NCBI RefSeq assembly: GCF_006345805.1
Contig: NC_043002.1
Span: forward strand, 75,206,001 to 75,270,000
Direction: 5' to 3'
DNA: 64,000 nucleotides
Source: Octopus sinensis
Lineage: Eukaryota
Part shown: positions 1 through 11,939 of the stretch, piece after piece
Layout of the letters: each line of letters begins with the position of its first letter
Position numbering within the stretch: position 1 is the first letter of the stretch
The notes under the pieces: generated by a model
Seen by the model: only the letters and a program-made list of their open reading frames with translations
What the model was told of the DNA's origin: nothing
The model's database searches: none
Position numbers and translations under genes: made by a program

Positions 1-910
1 CGATTTGTTGGTCCATTAGGTTGCATATGCTTAAGAGGACACATACAAGAAATTTTACATGCACGCATATATATGCAGCTACCAATTTCACTCACAGGGC
101 ATTGGTCACTGTGGTCCTGTAATAATAGATGTGTGCTGAAGAAGCTATGCAATGAGGCTGAATTCAAAACCACAGAGCTGTGATTTGAGGTTTCTTAATC
201 ATACAGTCTTACCTTCATCCACCATCATTTACTCTGCTGAATTACAAAATTTGTAGTGCACAGAAGGCTGCATGCTTGTTTCTGTATAGAGTGAAGTGTA
301 AATCTTGGCTTGTTGTGCATTCAGTTTGCTGTCTAACTTTATTTACCTGATTAAATTATGGATTCAGTTTGGTTTCTTTGGATTTGTAGTAGAAAAAAGG
401 TCAGTTGTTCTTCTCTAGGCAGCCATTCAATGTTTTCTTCTTTATGTTGTATCCTTAATGAAGATATAGTGATATACTTTGCACAAAGGTAGAATGTGGG
501 GCCAATGATAGTGTGAGGATCAGCAATGCTTGGCTACTAATAAATTCTAAACACTCAATTTACAGGTTAATTTTCATGCTGATTTTTTTTTTCTAGATTG
601 TTATTGTTATTCTCCTGGTCTGCTCTAATTAAAGATTAATGATTGTATATTTAAAGGCATTCCAGCCATGACTATCTTGTCTATTCTTGTATAGTTTATC
701 TTATACTATATTATCTAGTATATGTATAAGTTCAGTAAAAATTTAGATTCAGTTGAATATGGTACCAGAATTTAGTATGGTATTATCCATATAATTCAAA
801 ATGGGAAAACTGATGTAATACTTGCATTGTTTAATTAAATGGAGTTGCATGGAATAATCGTACTGCATAACCTCTGGATATCCTTGTTGCTTATTTTGAT
901 ATACATATAT

Positions 911-1217
911 CATGTGATCACGTGACCGACCAGGCTATCAAATGTTGCTACACATTGCTGGTCACAATGTGCTTCGCATTTTTTTAGCCTTCGAATTACG
1001 CCACCCCGCTGGTTAAGCGAGCAGGCCAACCGAAGAAAGAGTGAGAGAAATTTGCAGCGAAAAAGTACAGCAGGGATCCCCCACCCTTCCTGCCGGAGCC
1101 TCGTGGAGCTTTAGGTGTTTTCGCTCAATAAACACTCACAACGCCTGGTCTGGGAATTGAAACCATGATCCTACGACCGTGAGTCTGCTGCCCTAACCAC
1201 TGGGCCATTGCACCTCC
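911..1217 (-). mobile_element. tRNA-derived SINE (family C, head GGAGGTGCAATGGCCCAGTGGTTAGGGC)
   Basis: The minus strand begins with a tRNA-like A box (TGGCCCAGTGG) and B box (GGTTTCAATTCC), followed by a non-tRNA body. Head and tail are shared with the copy at 63103-63356. Confidence 0.8.
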
Positions 1218-3289
1218 ATATATATATAAGGCTGTCCAACATATGCAAGCATGGAACATTAAATGATGATGATAGATATATAATTTGGGGTTTAAATATG
1301 TATGTCTTTAATATTTTTAATGGATTTAGAAATGCTTAATGTGTTCATGTATTAACTGTTTCCATGTTCATTCTGTTTTGTTTTCAAGAAGTTTTGAAAT
1401 ACCAATCTTGAGTATAGGTTTAGATTGTTCTTGAAGTCTTATATAACCAATAGATTATCCAACCACTTTTTTTTCAAAGCCATATAAGATTTAAAATAAT
1501 GCAGTTTCTAAATGTCATACTCTTTACATTGTTTAATTCCATTAAGTCTTTCATATAAAGTGTGCAATTATTTCTGTAGACTTGTTTTGATGTCCTCTTA
1601 TCTGAATAATTCTTAAGAGATAATCTTTCATTATGGTTCTCCTTTGCATTTCCTGACACTCATTTAAACAGTGGTAGTTACTGATTTTCTTGGGTACTGT
1701 CCAAAATAGTAATTTCTTAAGGAAGCCCCCCCCCCCATCATGAAGCTTGCTACACTGTAACCAGTGAATTCTATTCACATTTAAATTCTTCTGTATCAAG
1801 ACCCAGTATTAATTATCTAGCTGTGTACCCATGATACAATAGAAGCACTTTCTGCATGATGCAAGTGTTTGAGTTTGGTAGAATAATGAGTAGTTACTAA
1901 GAAGCTTATTCACACGACCATTTTACCTCCATAGATGAGGTGACAGATATTAATTCATTACATGACTTACATATTCCATTTGAGTTAAATTTTTAATCAG
2001 GATAGACCTACCAGTTCACTATCATTACAGTTTACTCCACATTCCTTTTATTAATTACAACCACCATACAGATTTTTAATTTGTTCACTAATTTCCATCT
2101 TCACCTCTGACCATTTCACAACTTTTGCTTGTTTCAAGACTTTATTACTATTTCACCTGCAACTCTTCTTCCTCCACCACAGATCTTCACCAAGTTCATT
2201 AATTCATGCTGTTAATTTCATGCGAGTTAAATCTATTTCTGGGGAAAACAAGCTATTGTAAACCCAATGAAGTTACTTAAAATAATCCACTCTGAACCAG
2301 TTATCAATGGTGGCATTTCACTCAGTTTTCTCTTATGGCAAATTGACCAAGGTCCAGATGACTGTTGTTGCAAATCGAACAGAGACAGTTGCTTGCTGTG
2401 GTAGTTTTCCCCCAAGCTGTGGCAAGTCCAATATAGCCATTTTTATCAGTGGAGTCCATTTCATTTGGTCAGTATGAAAAAAAGTCTTCCTTTGAACATT
2501 TCTCCTGAAAACAAAAGAAGGGCGTATTCGATAATGTAGTCCTAGATACTTTATTTCTAGGAAAAGAGAAGAAAAGGGGAAGAAAGCAAAAAGAAAAAGA
2601 AGATAGGATGGTCGCAAGCCTTTGATCATATGTCTGCTTGATCAAGGCTGACCTGGATCTAAACAACAAACCTTCACTTATGCTTACACTGCACCCCCTA
2701 TTCTCTGCTTTTCTGGTTATGTTTTTTTAATGCAACTCACACACTCTCACTTATGCATGTGTGCATGCATGCACGCATACATGCATACATACATACATAC
2801 ATGCACACAAATGATCGACTTCTATACACCTCTCCACCTGCTAGAAATATATAACTGTCTCTTGTTACTTGGAATTGAAACTCCTTTGAGATTTATGTAT
2901 TGGATTGTAAGTCTCTTTTATGGCTGGGAATCCATGGTGAATGGAAGTGGTGGCAGCAGTGGTGGTGGAGGTGGCAGCAGGCTGGGGGGAGGGGGATAAT
3001 ATAAATAAAAAATAAGCAAACTGTTGATTCCTGCTTGTCTTACTGTCAGCTAGCCAATGAAATATGGATAATTGCATTGCAGTGGGTTGTGGCATGGTCA
3101 ACTGAATTACCTACCCTCTTTCCCACCATCCACGACACTAACTCCCTATTCATCTTCGCCCACACTCCCATGCACAAAATCCACCCCCACCTCTAGCAAT
3201 CTGGATACTATTATTTATTCATATCCAATACAGCCCCCTCTCATACTCTGTCCCCTTTGATATACCGCTTCTGTTCCTCTCACACTTCA

Positions 3290-3292
<3 letters not shown>

Positions 3293-3322
<30 letters not shown>
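3293..3322. repeat. (CT)n microsatellite at the start of a pyrimidine-rich, degenerate (CTGT/CTAC)n tract extending to about 3920
   Basis: Directly visible. Confidence 0.95.
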
Positions 3323-3327
<5 letters not shown>

Positions 3328-4284
3328 CTCCATTTGTTTGTCCAACTCAATAAGTATTCCCTCTTAAATTTTCCCACTTTCTCTGTTTTTTAACTGTGCT
3401 ACCCCCACTCCATATCCATTTCTCTCTCACCTTGTTTTTGCTGTTTTCCCCTTCATCCTCTCCGATTATTTTCTTTATTCACTCTAATTTTCTTTCTCTG
3501 TACAACCTCACCATATATATTTATCTACTGGCCTGTCTGACTGGCTATTTCTATTTCTACTTGTCTGTTTGTTGACTGACTTCTACTTCTCTGTCTCCAG
3601 CTTTCTACATGCCTGTCTGTCCACTTACCTGTCTGTCTGTCTACTTACCTGTCTGTCTACTTGTCTGACTGTCCCTCTACTTGTTTGTCTGTCTACTTGT
3701 CTGCTTGCCTATTTGTCTTTCTGTTTCTTAGTCTCTACACTGCTTAGTAACTGATTTTTTTTAACCATCTGCCTGACTATCTGTCTACCTGTCTGACTGA
3801 CTTCCTATTTATCAGCCTGTCAGTATGTCTCAACCTCTTTCCTGTCTGTCTGTCTGTCTGTCTCTCTCTCTTCTCTCTCTCTCTCTCTCTCTCTCTCCCT
3901 CCCTTCCTCCCTCTCTCTGTGTCTTTCATTTCTTATTTTTACAGATATCACAAAAAAAAACTGACATGTCCTCTCTTCAGAACATTACCACCACCAGCTC
4001 TCCACCTCAACCCCCATGTTGTCTTTGAAGAATATTCCACCCATCATTCTTTAAAATGTTGTTACATCACCATTTTTTTATATAATTCATTGACAGACCG
4101 CACTCCTCCTGTCCCTTCCCCCAAACCTAAACTTACATGTACCTTTCTTTCTGAACTCTGACATTTGTTCTACACTGTTGGAGCTGCTTCTTCTCATAAG
4201 ACATGTCATAAATGGTCTCATACAGATCACTTCTTATATCATACACATACATATATTCATGCACACAAAGTGTACATACATGTG

Positions 4285-4294
4285 TGAGTGTGTC

Positions 4295-4340
<46 letters not shown>

Positions 4341-4400
4341 ATACATACATACATACATCATATACACACACACACACACACATATATATGTATATGTAAA
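4285..4400. repeat. compound (TG)n/(TA)n/(CA)n microsatellite
   Basis: Directly visible. Confidence 0.95.
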
Positions 4401-5029
4401 TATATTTGTATTATCAATATTATTACTGTTATTACTATTATATATATACTAGCCTTATATTTGTTGTTTTTATTCTTATGTACTCCCACCACAACCTCCA
4501 TCCCTCACCATCATCATCATCATCATCATCATCGTCATCATCATCATAGTATTGTTGTTGTAGTTGGTGTAGAACATCAAATGCTAGCTTGTTACGCAAA
4601 TGCTGATAGCAGTGGTGATGGTGATGGATATTGGCAGTAGTCTATGTTAAATGTATCTATCTATCTATAAGAATGTGAGAGTGAGCGTGCATGCATGTGT
4701 ATGGTTAGTGGGTGTGGAGGCGGAGGTGGTTGTGAAGTTGTCGGTCATATTGCATATCTATTTTATAGCAGCTCGAGTCTCTTTGAAGTGTGCCGGTCAA
4801 AGCAAATGTTAGATCTAACAGTTGCCTGATCCTGATGTAGACTGTTGTTAGTCGTGCTCTGCTTTCAGTTCAGTGCTATGATGTAGCAGCATCTCTGATG
4901 CATCATCATACTTTCACATCCACCAACAACACCCCCTCTCTTTCAACACACACACACACACTCACCTCCAACTCCACTGTGCAATGGTGATTATGTGATG
5001 CTTACTTGAAAACACTTATCTCCTAGAGT

Positions 5030-5031
<2 letters not shown>

Positions 5032-5100
<69 letters not shown>

Positions 5101-5119
5101 CACATACATGCATACACAC

Positions 5120-5160
<41 letters not shown>

Positions 5161-5230
5161 TACACACATGTGTATATATATATACATATACATACACACA
5201 TGTGTGTGTGTGCATATATATATATATATT

Positions 5231-5272
<42 letters not shown>

Positions 5273-5790
5273 CAGACACACATACATATATACATACACA
5301 CATAGATATATGTGTGTGCATATATGTGTATGTATAGCATGTATGTGTATGTTTTTCTGTGCATATGTGTATTTGTATATTCTTTGTGTATATGTGTGTG
5401 TGTATTTTTGTGTGTGCATGTGTGTTTATATATATTTTGTGCCTATATGTATGTACATATGTGTGTGTATATGTATTTTTGTGTGCATGCGTGTTTGTAT
5501 GTATACTTTCTGTATGCTTCTACTATGTGTTTTATGCATACACACATGTAATATGTACACACACAGACATGTATACTATAACTATATGTGTTATGTATGT
5601 ATGTATGTATGTATCTATATATCTCTGTATGTCTGTATGTATATATATACATAGAGAGAGAGAGAGAGAAGAAGAGGAAAGAGATAGATTTTGTGTGTTT
5701 GAATTGTGCATATACATATATTTGTTTGTGTGTGTGTGCTGTGCATGTGTACATGCATACATACATACATGTTTGTGTGTAAGTATAAAA
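5032..5790. repeat. large compound (TA)n/(TG)n/(CA)n/(GA)n microsatellite field
   Basis: Directly visible; it accounts for the Y/I/V/C/H/T-rich ORFs in the track. Confidence 0.95.
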
Positions 5791-6232
5791 ATATAATAAT
5801 GTGCATTTACAGAGCCTGGATGGAATACTAGTTGGGCTATAACAATGTTGATTATACACTCATATACACATACTGTTTTAAATCAGTTACACCTGATTAA
5901 ACTTATATAGATGGGTTCTATCTTTTTTTTTTTTATAATATTTTGTTTTTATTTTATTTTATTTTTTTTTCAAGTATTCAATTTGGGTAAATTTTCTGTC
6001 TATGCTGCAGTCACTTTCTGTGCATGATGTATGTGTCTGCATAGATGTGTATGTATGTGTGTTGACACACATATATACATACACAACTCCAATCTGCCTC
6101 ATTTGGTCTCTGGTGACCATTTGCTGTTCTCTGTATTTATGTTATCTATTTACACTTTCTAGCCTCTTGTTGGCATTAGTTCCATATATTTCATTGGTCT
6201 TTTTCTTCATTCTTGTAAAGTGACTACTAAAA

Positions 6233-6248
6233 TACTACTACAACAACA

Positions 6249-6292
<44 letters not shown>

Positions 6293-6295
6293 AAT

Positions 6296-6373
<78 letters not shown>

Positions 6374-6398
6374 TGATGATGATGATGATGATGATGAT
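6233..6398. repeat. compound trinucleotide microsatellite (CTA)n-(ATA)n-(ATG)n
   Basis: Directly visible; translates as poly-L/poly-I/poly-M. Confidence 0.97.
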
Positions 6399-7065
6399 AA
6401 TATATAGAGAGAGTAGAGCAGTGATACTGGTGCAGAAGATAAATTTCCTTTAGTTGTGATGCTCCCAAAAGGCTACTTCATCGATGTAGTAAAGGGAGAA
6501 AAGAAGAAAAAAAAATTGCTGCGAATATCTGGATAGGAGGTGATTGCACAGTGTCAGAACTATAATAAATCACTTTGTATTGGTTGTAAATTGGTGGTGG
6601 TGGTCGTCGTAGTACTTGCTGTGTGGCTGGTTGCATGTGTGAAAGTTAGCACTAGTGCACACACTTGGCTCTTCTTGATTGTCTGCAATGAACTTGCAGG
6701 TGTATCCAATTCCAGATACACTTTGTTTAATAGTCTTCAGGAAAGCCATGACAAGGTGGTTGTGGTGATGCTAATGATGATGATGATGTTGTTGATGTTG
6801 ATGAATATGCTGGTCGAAGATGAGGCCTTTCATAGATAGCTCCCACAGTCAAAAGAGATATTAAGAACCAAGATATAATACTGGATAGTGGCAATGAGGA
6901 CAAATTGAAGATGACAGTGATGATGATGATGATAAAGATCATGGCAATCTTGTTAACAAAAAAGTGAGGCTGTTGTGTTAGAATTTGGCTAGCAACTATA
7001 TTTGTAATAATTATGGAAAGAGAATTTAAGGGATCAAAATTATTAGATACTAATTAAGATTAATA

Positions 7066-7370
7066 GGCACAGGAGTGGCTGTGTGGTAAGTAGCTTGTTT
7101 ACCAACCACACGGTTCCGGGTTCAGTCCCACTGCGTGGCACCTTGGGCAAGTGTCTTCTANNNNNNNNNNNNNNNNNNNNNNNNNNNNNNNNNNNNNNNN
7201 NNNNNNNNNNNNNNNNNNNNNNNNNNNNNNNNNNNNNNNNNNNNNNNNNNNNNNNNNNNNACTGCCAGATCTGACTGGACTGGTGCAGCTTTCGGGCTCC
7301 CCAGACCCCAGTTGAACCGTCCAACCCATGGTAGCATGGAAAGCGGACGTTAAATGATGATGATGATGAT
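7066..7370 (+). mobile_element. CORE-like tRNA SINE with RTE-type (ATG)n tail, interrupted by the assembly gap
   Basis: Head GGCACAGGAGTGGCTGTGTGGTAAG...GGTTCAGTCCC and CORE-like CACCTTGGGCAAGTGTCTTCTA lie before the gap. The tail CCATGGTAGCATGGAAAGCGGACGTTAAA(TGA)n lies after it. Confidence 0.75.
7161..7260. other. assembly gap (100 N)
   Basis: Run of N. Confidence 1.
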
Positions 7371-8503
7371 ACCATTGATACTTCAATGGTATCATCATAC
7401 ACAAGCATATAATTTTAATATCATATCTGTTTGTCTATATATCTATCTGTCTATCTATTTGTTTGTCTGTCTGTCTGTCTATCTCACCCACCCATCCGCA
7501 CACCCACTGAGACTGTAAAAGTTTACACACTTTAGAAAATGTCCATAGTATATAACAGCTGCAAGTATATCATATAAATATATGTCTTATTTGTAGCTAA
7601 GTTAATATTAACATATTTAATGCTGGTAGCATTAAATATATTAACTAGAAATAATTAATCTCTGATGAAAACCAATGTTAGTTATTGTTTAATATCATTT
7701 TAATTATATTGTCAAATAGGAAAGAGAAACCTGGACATATTTTTGTTGTATTATAACCTCATTAACATAGATTATTTCATTGTACAACCATCTGAAAGTA
7801 GTAATGATGAGAGAACCGCTAAGTAGATGTACAAGAATGTACACTGGTTGTGTGTAGAAAGCTATGATTTGTTTAGAGAATAAATTCCTCAAAGCTGCTA
7901 GTTAAAAAAAAGAAACCAATTGTTAAGTTAGTGTTAATGTGTAGCTAACAATGATATATTTGTTGTGTCATAAAATGTTGTTATTAGTATTAGTAGCTGC
8001 AATGATATTAGAAAATATTTTGCATATGATTTATAATTGCAAGAGAAGTGTCATAGCTTCGAGAAGTTTTTCTTTCTTTCCTTGCTCTCTCCTCACACAC
8101 ACACACACACACACAATCTATATATTCACACATATCTACATATGTGTGCATATGTATGTATGTGTTTAATCTCAAGATAATATAAGTATGTTTTCTTCTC
8201 CCCTCAGCTTTCATCAAAACAATCAATATGCTTGCTTGCAGTTTTGTCTTTAATTGCACTCAGAATAGCTTCTACTTCTCAACTCCACATTTAGAAAACA
8301 TTTCAAGAGTGATTTTGACTTTTTTTTTTTCGTCTTTTTTAATGATATGCTGTCTCAATTTTACTACATATCCACTTTGTTTACGCAATGGCTCCTCTGT
8401 GTGTGTGTGTACATGCTCTTATGTGTTCATCAGGTTTTTTTTCATTTTTGTTGCTTGGATGATTCTCGATTTTCATCATTTAATTTTTGAATAATTGCAA
8501 CAG

Positions 8504-8573
8504 TGAGGTAGCAGGGTGGCAGGCGAAAACCATTATTGTTGATGTTGTTAATTCTGTAGCTGTAAAATACATG
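8504..8573 (+). CDS. candidate internal coding exon (xEVAGWQAKTIIVDVVNSVAVKYM), product unknown
   Basis: Acceptor ttgcaacAG, perfect donor ATG|GTAAGT, open frame, non-repetitive. No homolog recognised. Confidence 0.25.
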
Positions 8574-8919
8574 GTAAGTATGAGGAGATAAATGAATAAG
8601 AAGAATTTAAGTATAATCCTCTCAGTTTTGCTGAATCATACTTTTCTATTTTTAAAAGAAATTAAATGACAAGAGAGATTGCTTCTGAGGAATTTAATGT
8701 GAAATTGCTTCTGAGGAATTTAATTTTTAGGGTTTCATACATATTTCCAAGTCACTCATAAGTGATGCTTATAACTAAATTTTAACTGAACCTACGAAAG
8801 AGCCCTTGTATGGTCACTCCACCAATTAGAAATTGCAGCCAAGTCTCCCACAAGCCACTACATCATCATCAACACCTAGCATTACTGTCTTTAACCCTAG
8901 GATTCATAGGACTAGTTAA

Positions 8920-9130
8920 CCAGTTTCCATTGGTGTATAAGTGATTGCAATCCGAATGCTACTTCCTGAATGGGATACCAGTCAGTCACAGGGTAACTCA
9001 ATTACAACTAAGTTGATGGGAACAGTATGAAATTAAGGGTTTTGCTCAGGATCAAAATGCACCACTTACTTTGGGAATTGAAACGGTAATCTTATGATTA
9101 TGAGTGCAACAGCCTAGCTACAGGTCACTA
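8920..9130 (-). mobile_element. degenerate tRNA-derived SINE (family C-like head)
   Basis: Plus-strand TTTGGGAATTGAAAC...GAGTGCAACAGCCTAGC matches the reverse-complemented head of the copies at 911-1217 and 63103-63356. Confidence 0.5.
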
Positions 9131-9175
9131 CCCCATCCTGTTAAGCAAAAAACAAAAAAAAAAAAAGACATAGAA

Positions 9176-9360
9176 CAGTGCTCTACAGCCGATATGCCAC
9201 GGCACACTGGTGTGTCATGAGATGATGCTAGGTGTGCTGCAGTGTAACCTGAATATAATTTTTTCCTTATACTTTTAGTTATATTTGTAGTTGAGGTATG
9301 CTGCCAAATTTTTTTAAAGAATATAAGTGTACTGCAAGTGAAAAAAGGTTCAGAGTACTG
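9176..9360. mobile_element. hAT (Charlie-like) MITE
   Basis: Termini CAGTGCTCT.../...AGAGTACTG are inverted repeats. The 8-bp flanks ACATAGAA and TTATAGAA match at 6/8 positions, consistent with a decayed 8-bp TSD. Confidence 0.6.
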
Positions 9361-9596
9361 TTATAGAATATGGTCTCTAGTGCACTATATCTCAAATTAA
9401 GATGGAATGGTTAAAGCTTGAATGCTTTTGAGCATAGGTAATCACAGCTTACCAAGCATAGCATCTAAATTTAAATGGGTGCTCAGTTGAAGTAAAGGTG
9501 AAATGTGGCTTTTACCCATTTTGGATGTCAATGAAGCAGGTATCAATAATCCATGAGAGTGTTTGGAAAGAAATTGTTATTTTGGTTTCATTTAAT

Positions 9597-9785
9597 ACAT
9601 CAACATCATCACGATTTAACATCTGCTGTCCATGCTGGCATGGGTTGGATGGTTTGACTGGGCTGGCATGCTGGAAGGCTGCGCCACTCTCCAATCTCAT
9701 TTGGAATGGTTTTCTATGGCTGGATGCCCTTCCTAACACCAACCACTCCGAGAGTGTAATGGGTGCTTCTACATGACACCAGTAT
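9597..9785 (-). mobile_element. 5'-truncated RTE-type 3' UTR/tail copy
   Basis: (CAT)n tail, CCATGCTGGCATGG and GGATGCCCTTCCTAACACCAACCACTCCGAGAGT, shared with the RTE 3' end at 30533-31178. Confidence 0.8.
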
Positions 9786-10328
9786 CTGCCACTTGCTGAT
9801 ATTCTCATGTATATGACAGTGTAACAAAATGGAAATTTAGCAAGTATATAAATTTCCCAACCTGTATAACCTATGCAAGTACGTTTGTGTGTATGCACAG
9901 CCACAGTTGTGTGGTTAGGAACTCTCCTTGAATTTGAATTTTTCCTTATTTTGTTTTATTTCTGTTATTTTGTACCCTTGTAATTATAGAAGAATCGGTG
10001 TAAGGTCTGTCTACAGCTGTATTTCAAGTGAAAGAAAATAAGGAAACTTTGATTTCAATATTTTCAAGTGGTTGATATTTGTAGATTATTCTTATCTCTC
10101 CTAGTCTATTGTTGAACACTCCATATATGCCCATAAGGAAAACAATGTTCCCCATTGTTTAAAGTGGTTACTATAAAAGTCTAGACCTTATAAACATGAG
10201 TAAAGGTAAGATGTGTGGTAAGCCTATTCTTCACTCATTTCAAGATGGAACATAAAGAAAGGGAAATCGGGTAGGGTTCACAAATGTAAATAAAACTGGA
10301 ATGTTTGTGTATGTATGTGTGTAAGCTC

Positions 10329-10727
10329 AGACATGGCTGTGTGGTTAAGAAGTTCATTTCCTGACCATGTGGTTTCAGGTTCAGTTCCACTGTGTGGCAC
10401 ATTGGACAAGTGTCTTCTACTATAAGCCCTTGGCTGACCAAAGCCTTGTGAGTGGTTTTGGTAGGTGGAAACTGAAAGAAACCTCCTTGTCTTGACATTG
10501 CATGATAGGTGTAAATGAATGTCATCATTATACAAGCAATATCATTTGTTTTCAATCTTCAGTAAAAATATATCTCGTCATGGGAAAATATTACCTTGCT
10601 TGGAAACATGAGAGGGTTAGCAACAGAAACAGCATCTGGGCATAGACAATCTTTCTCAACAATTTATCTTGGCTCATGCTGGCATGGAAAAGTGGATGTT
10701 AAAATGATGATGATGATGATGATGATA
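10329..10727 (+). mobile_element. full-length CORE-like tRNA SINE with RTE-type tail
   Basis: tRNA-like head, CORE-like segment, unique body, then CATGCTGGCATGGAAAAGTGGATGTTAAAA(TGA)n. Confidence 0.8.
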
Positions 10728-11070
10728 TATATTATTGGTCCTAAATAAACTAACTTGTGTAAAATGCTATATGGATTTAAAAAAAAAACCCCACTGAAAT
10801 TGGAAAATATAGTGCTTTGGACAAAATGATATGTTCAAAAGAAACATTACATTTTATTAAATATGGAGAGGAAAAAAGAAAGAAAAAGAATATAAGACGT
10901 AACAGCATAAAGAAATTGTCAAAGAGATTTATATATGAATCTAGCAAACTAAAGAGAATTGATATCTAAGAAAACGAAAATACAATAATTAATATAAATG
11001 AAAAAAAAAAAAATCAAAAATATAACTGTAGTTGAAATATAAAGTACAGAGAAGAACTACTTAAAAACAA

Positions 11071-11072
<2 letters not shown>

Positions 11073-11126
<54 letters not shown>

Positions 11127-11138
11127 TATATATTATAT
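11073..11138. repeat. (TA)n microsatellite
   Basis: Directly visible. Confidence 0.95.
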
Positions 11139-11407
11139 ATGTATAATATAATCTCACTAATTTTGAATGTGGATATAAATATATGTTCTAATTCAAAGAC
11201 ATATATTTAAGTGAAATGATATAATGATAAAAATGATGAATGTGTTCTAATTCAAAGATAGGAGTTAAAGTAAAAGGATAAAAATCAATGAGAATATCAA
11301 ATAAACAACTTAAGTGAAAAGTTGTCAGCTCATGCAAAGCAAACATACAGATATAGCTGAGCAGAATCAGGCTTTTCTGACTAATTTTGTCTATTGATGT
11401 ACCAATT

Positions 11408-11593
11408 GGTGCAGGTGTGGCTAAGTGGTTAAGAAGCTTGCATCTCTACTGTGAGATTGATTTGTTCAACTAATCTCTTTAAGGTGGTTCAGTCCCACTG
11501 TGTGTCACCTAGGGTAAGTGACTCTTCATACTGTAGCCCTGGGTTGACCAATGCCTTCTGAGTGGCTTTGGTAGATGGAAACTGAAGGAAGCC

Positions 11594-11597
<4 letters not shown>
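11408..11597 (+). mobile_element. CORE-like tRNA SINE 5' part with a ~35-bp insertion, ending in (TA)n
   Basis: GGTGCAGGTGTGGCTAAGTGGTTAAG...GGTTCAGTCCCACTGTGTGTCACCTAGGGTAAGTG. Confidence 0.75.
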
Positions 11598-11644
<47 letters not shown>

Positions 11645-11646
<2 letters not shown>

Positions 11647-11872
11647 CATAATTAACTGATCCTCCTGTATTTCCTTTTACCCAAAGCCAGGAACTTTCAG
11701 TATCTCCTTATATATATAATATACCAGTCGCCATGCTTGATCACTAAATCCACAAGATTTTTTTATTCTCTCTCTGTTTATTTTCTCTTATTCCTTTCTG
11801 AAGAGTGTAGGTTCGAAATGTAAAGGACTTTTTCACTTTCCTGAGCGTTAAACCAATACCCCTGCTTGTTGT
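11645..11872 (+). mobile_element. Penelope-like element terminal remnant containing a degenerate hammerhead motif
   Basis: Contains TCCTTT-CTGAAGA-G...C-GAAA-TGTA-AAGGA. Its layout resembles PLE terminal repeats; family assignment is inferred. Confidence 0.5.
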
Positions 11873-11939
11873 CATTATAATGGTAGGGGTCAAGTTGCTC
11901 TTGGCAACAAATTTTCAGCAGTGGGTGGCTGTTTAACTT

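Noticed and set aside
1140-1217. tRNA-like sequences (also 7066-7130, 12440-12522 and others)
   Set aside because: No complete cloverleaf or acceptor stem; each continues into a repeated SINE body.
1380-2630. Several short minus-strand ORFs in coding-like unique sequence
   Set aside because: No continuous frame or recognisable motif. Possibly a very old TE, but I cannot assign it.
2845-2906. Possible exon EIYNCLLLLGIETPLRFMYWI with a GTAAGT donor; similar cases at 33141-33237(-), 34113-34151, 42383-42437 and 63405-63486
   Set aside because: Short AG-GT-bounded open frames are common by chance here; no homology or consistent phase chain could be established.
4133-5860. Many long Y/I/H/T/V/C-rich ORFs here and at 18.2-18.7, 33.1-33.6, 34.5-35.7, 42.7-43.0 and 47.5-48.5 kb
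   Set aside because: They are translations of (TA)n/(CA)n/(TG)n/(CT)n microsatellites, which lack stop codons in some frames.
8678-8724. 21-bp direct repeat ATTGCTTCTGAGGAATTTAAT twice; similar small duplications at 21167-21188 and 35030-35075
   Set aside because: Ordinary local slippage duplications.
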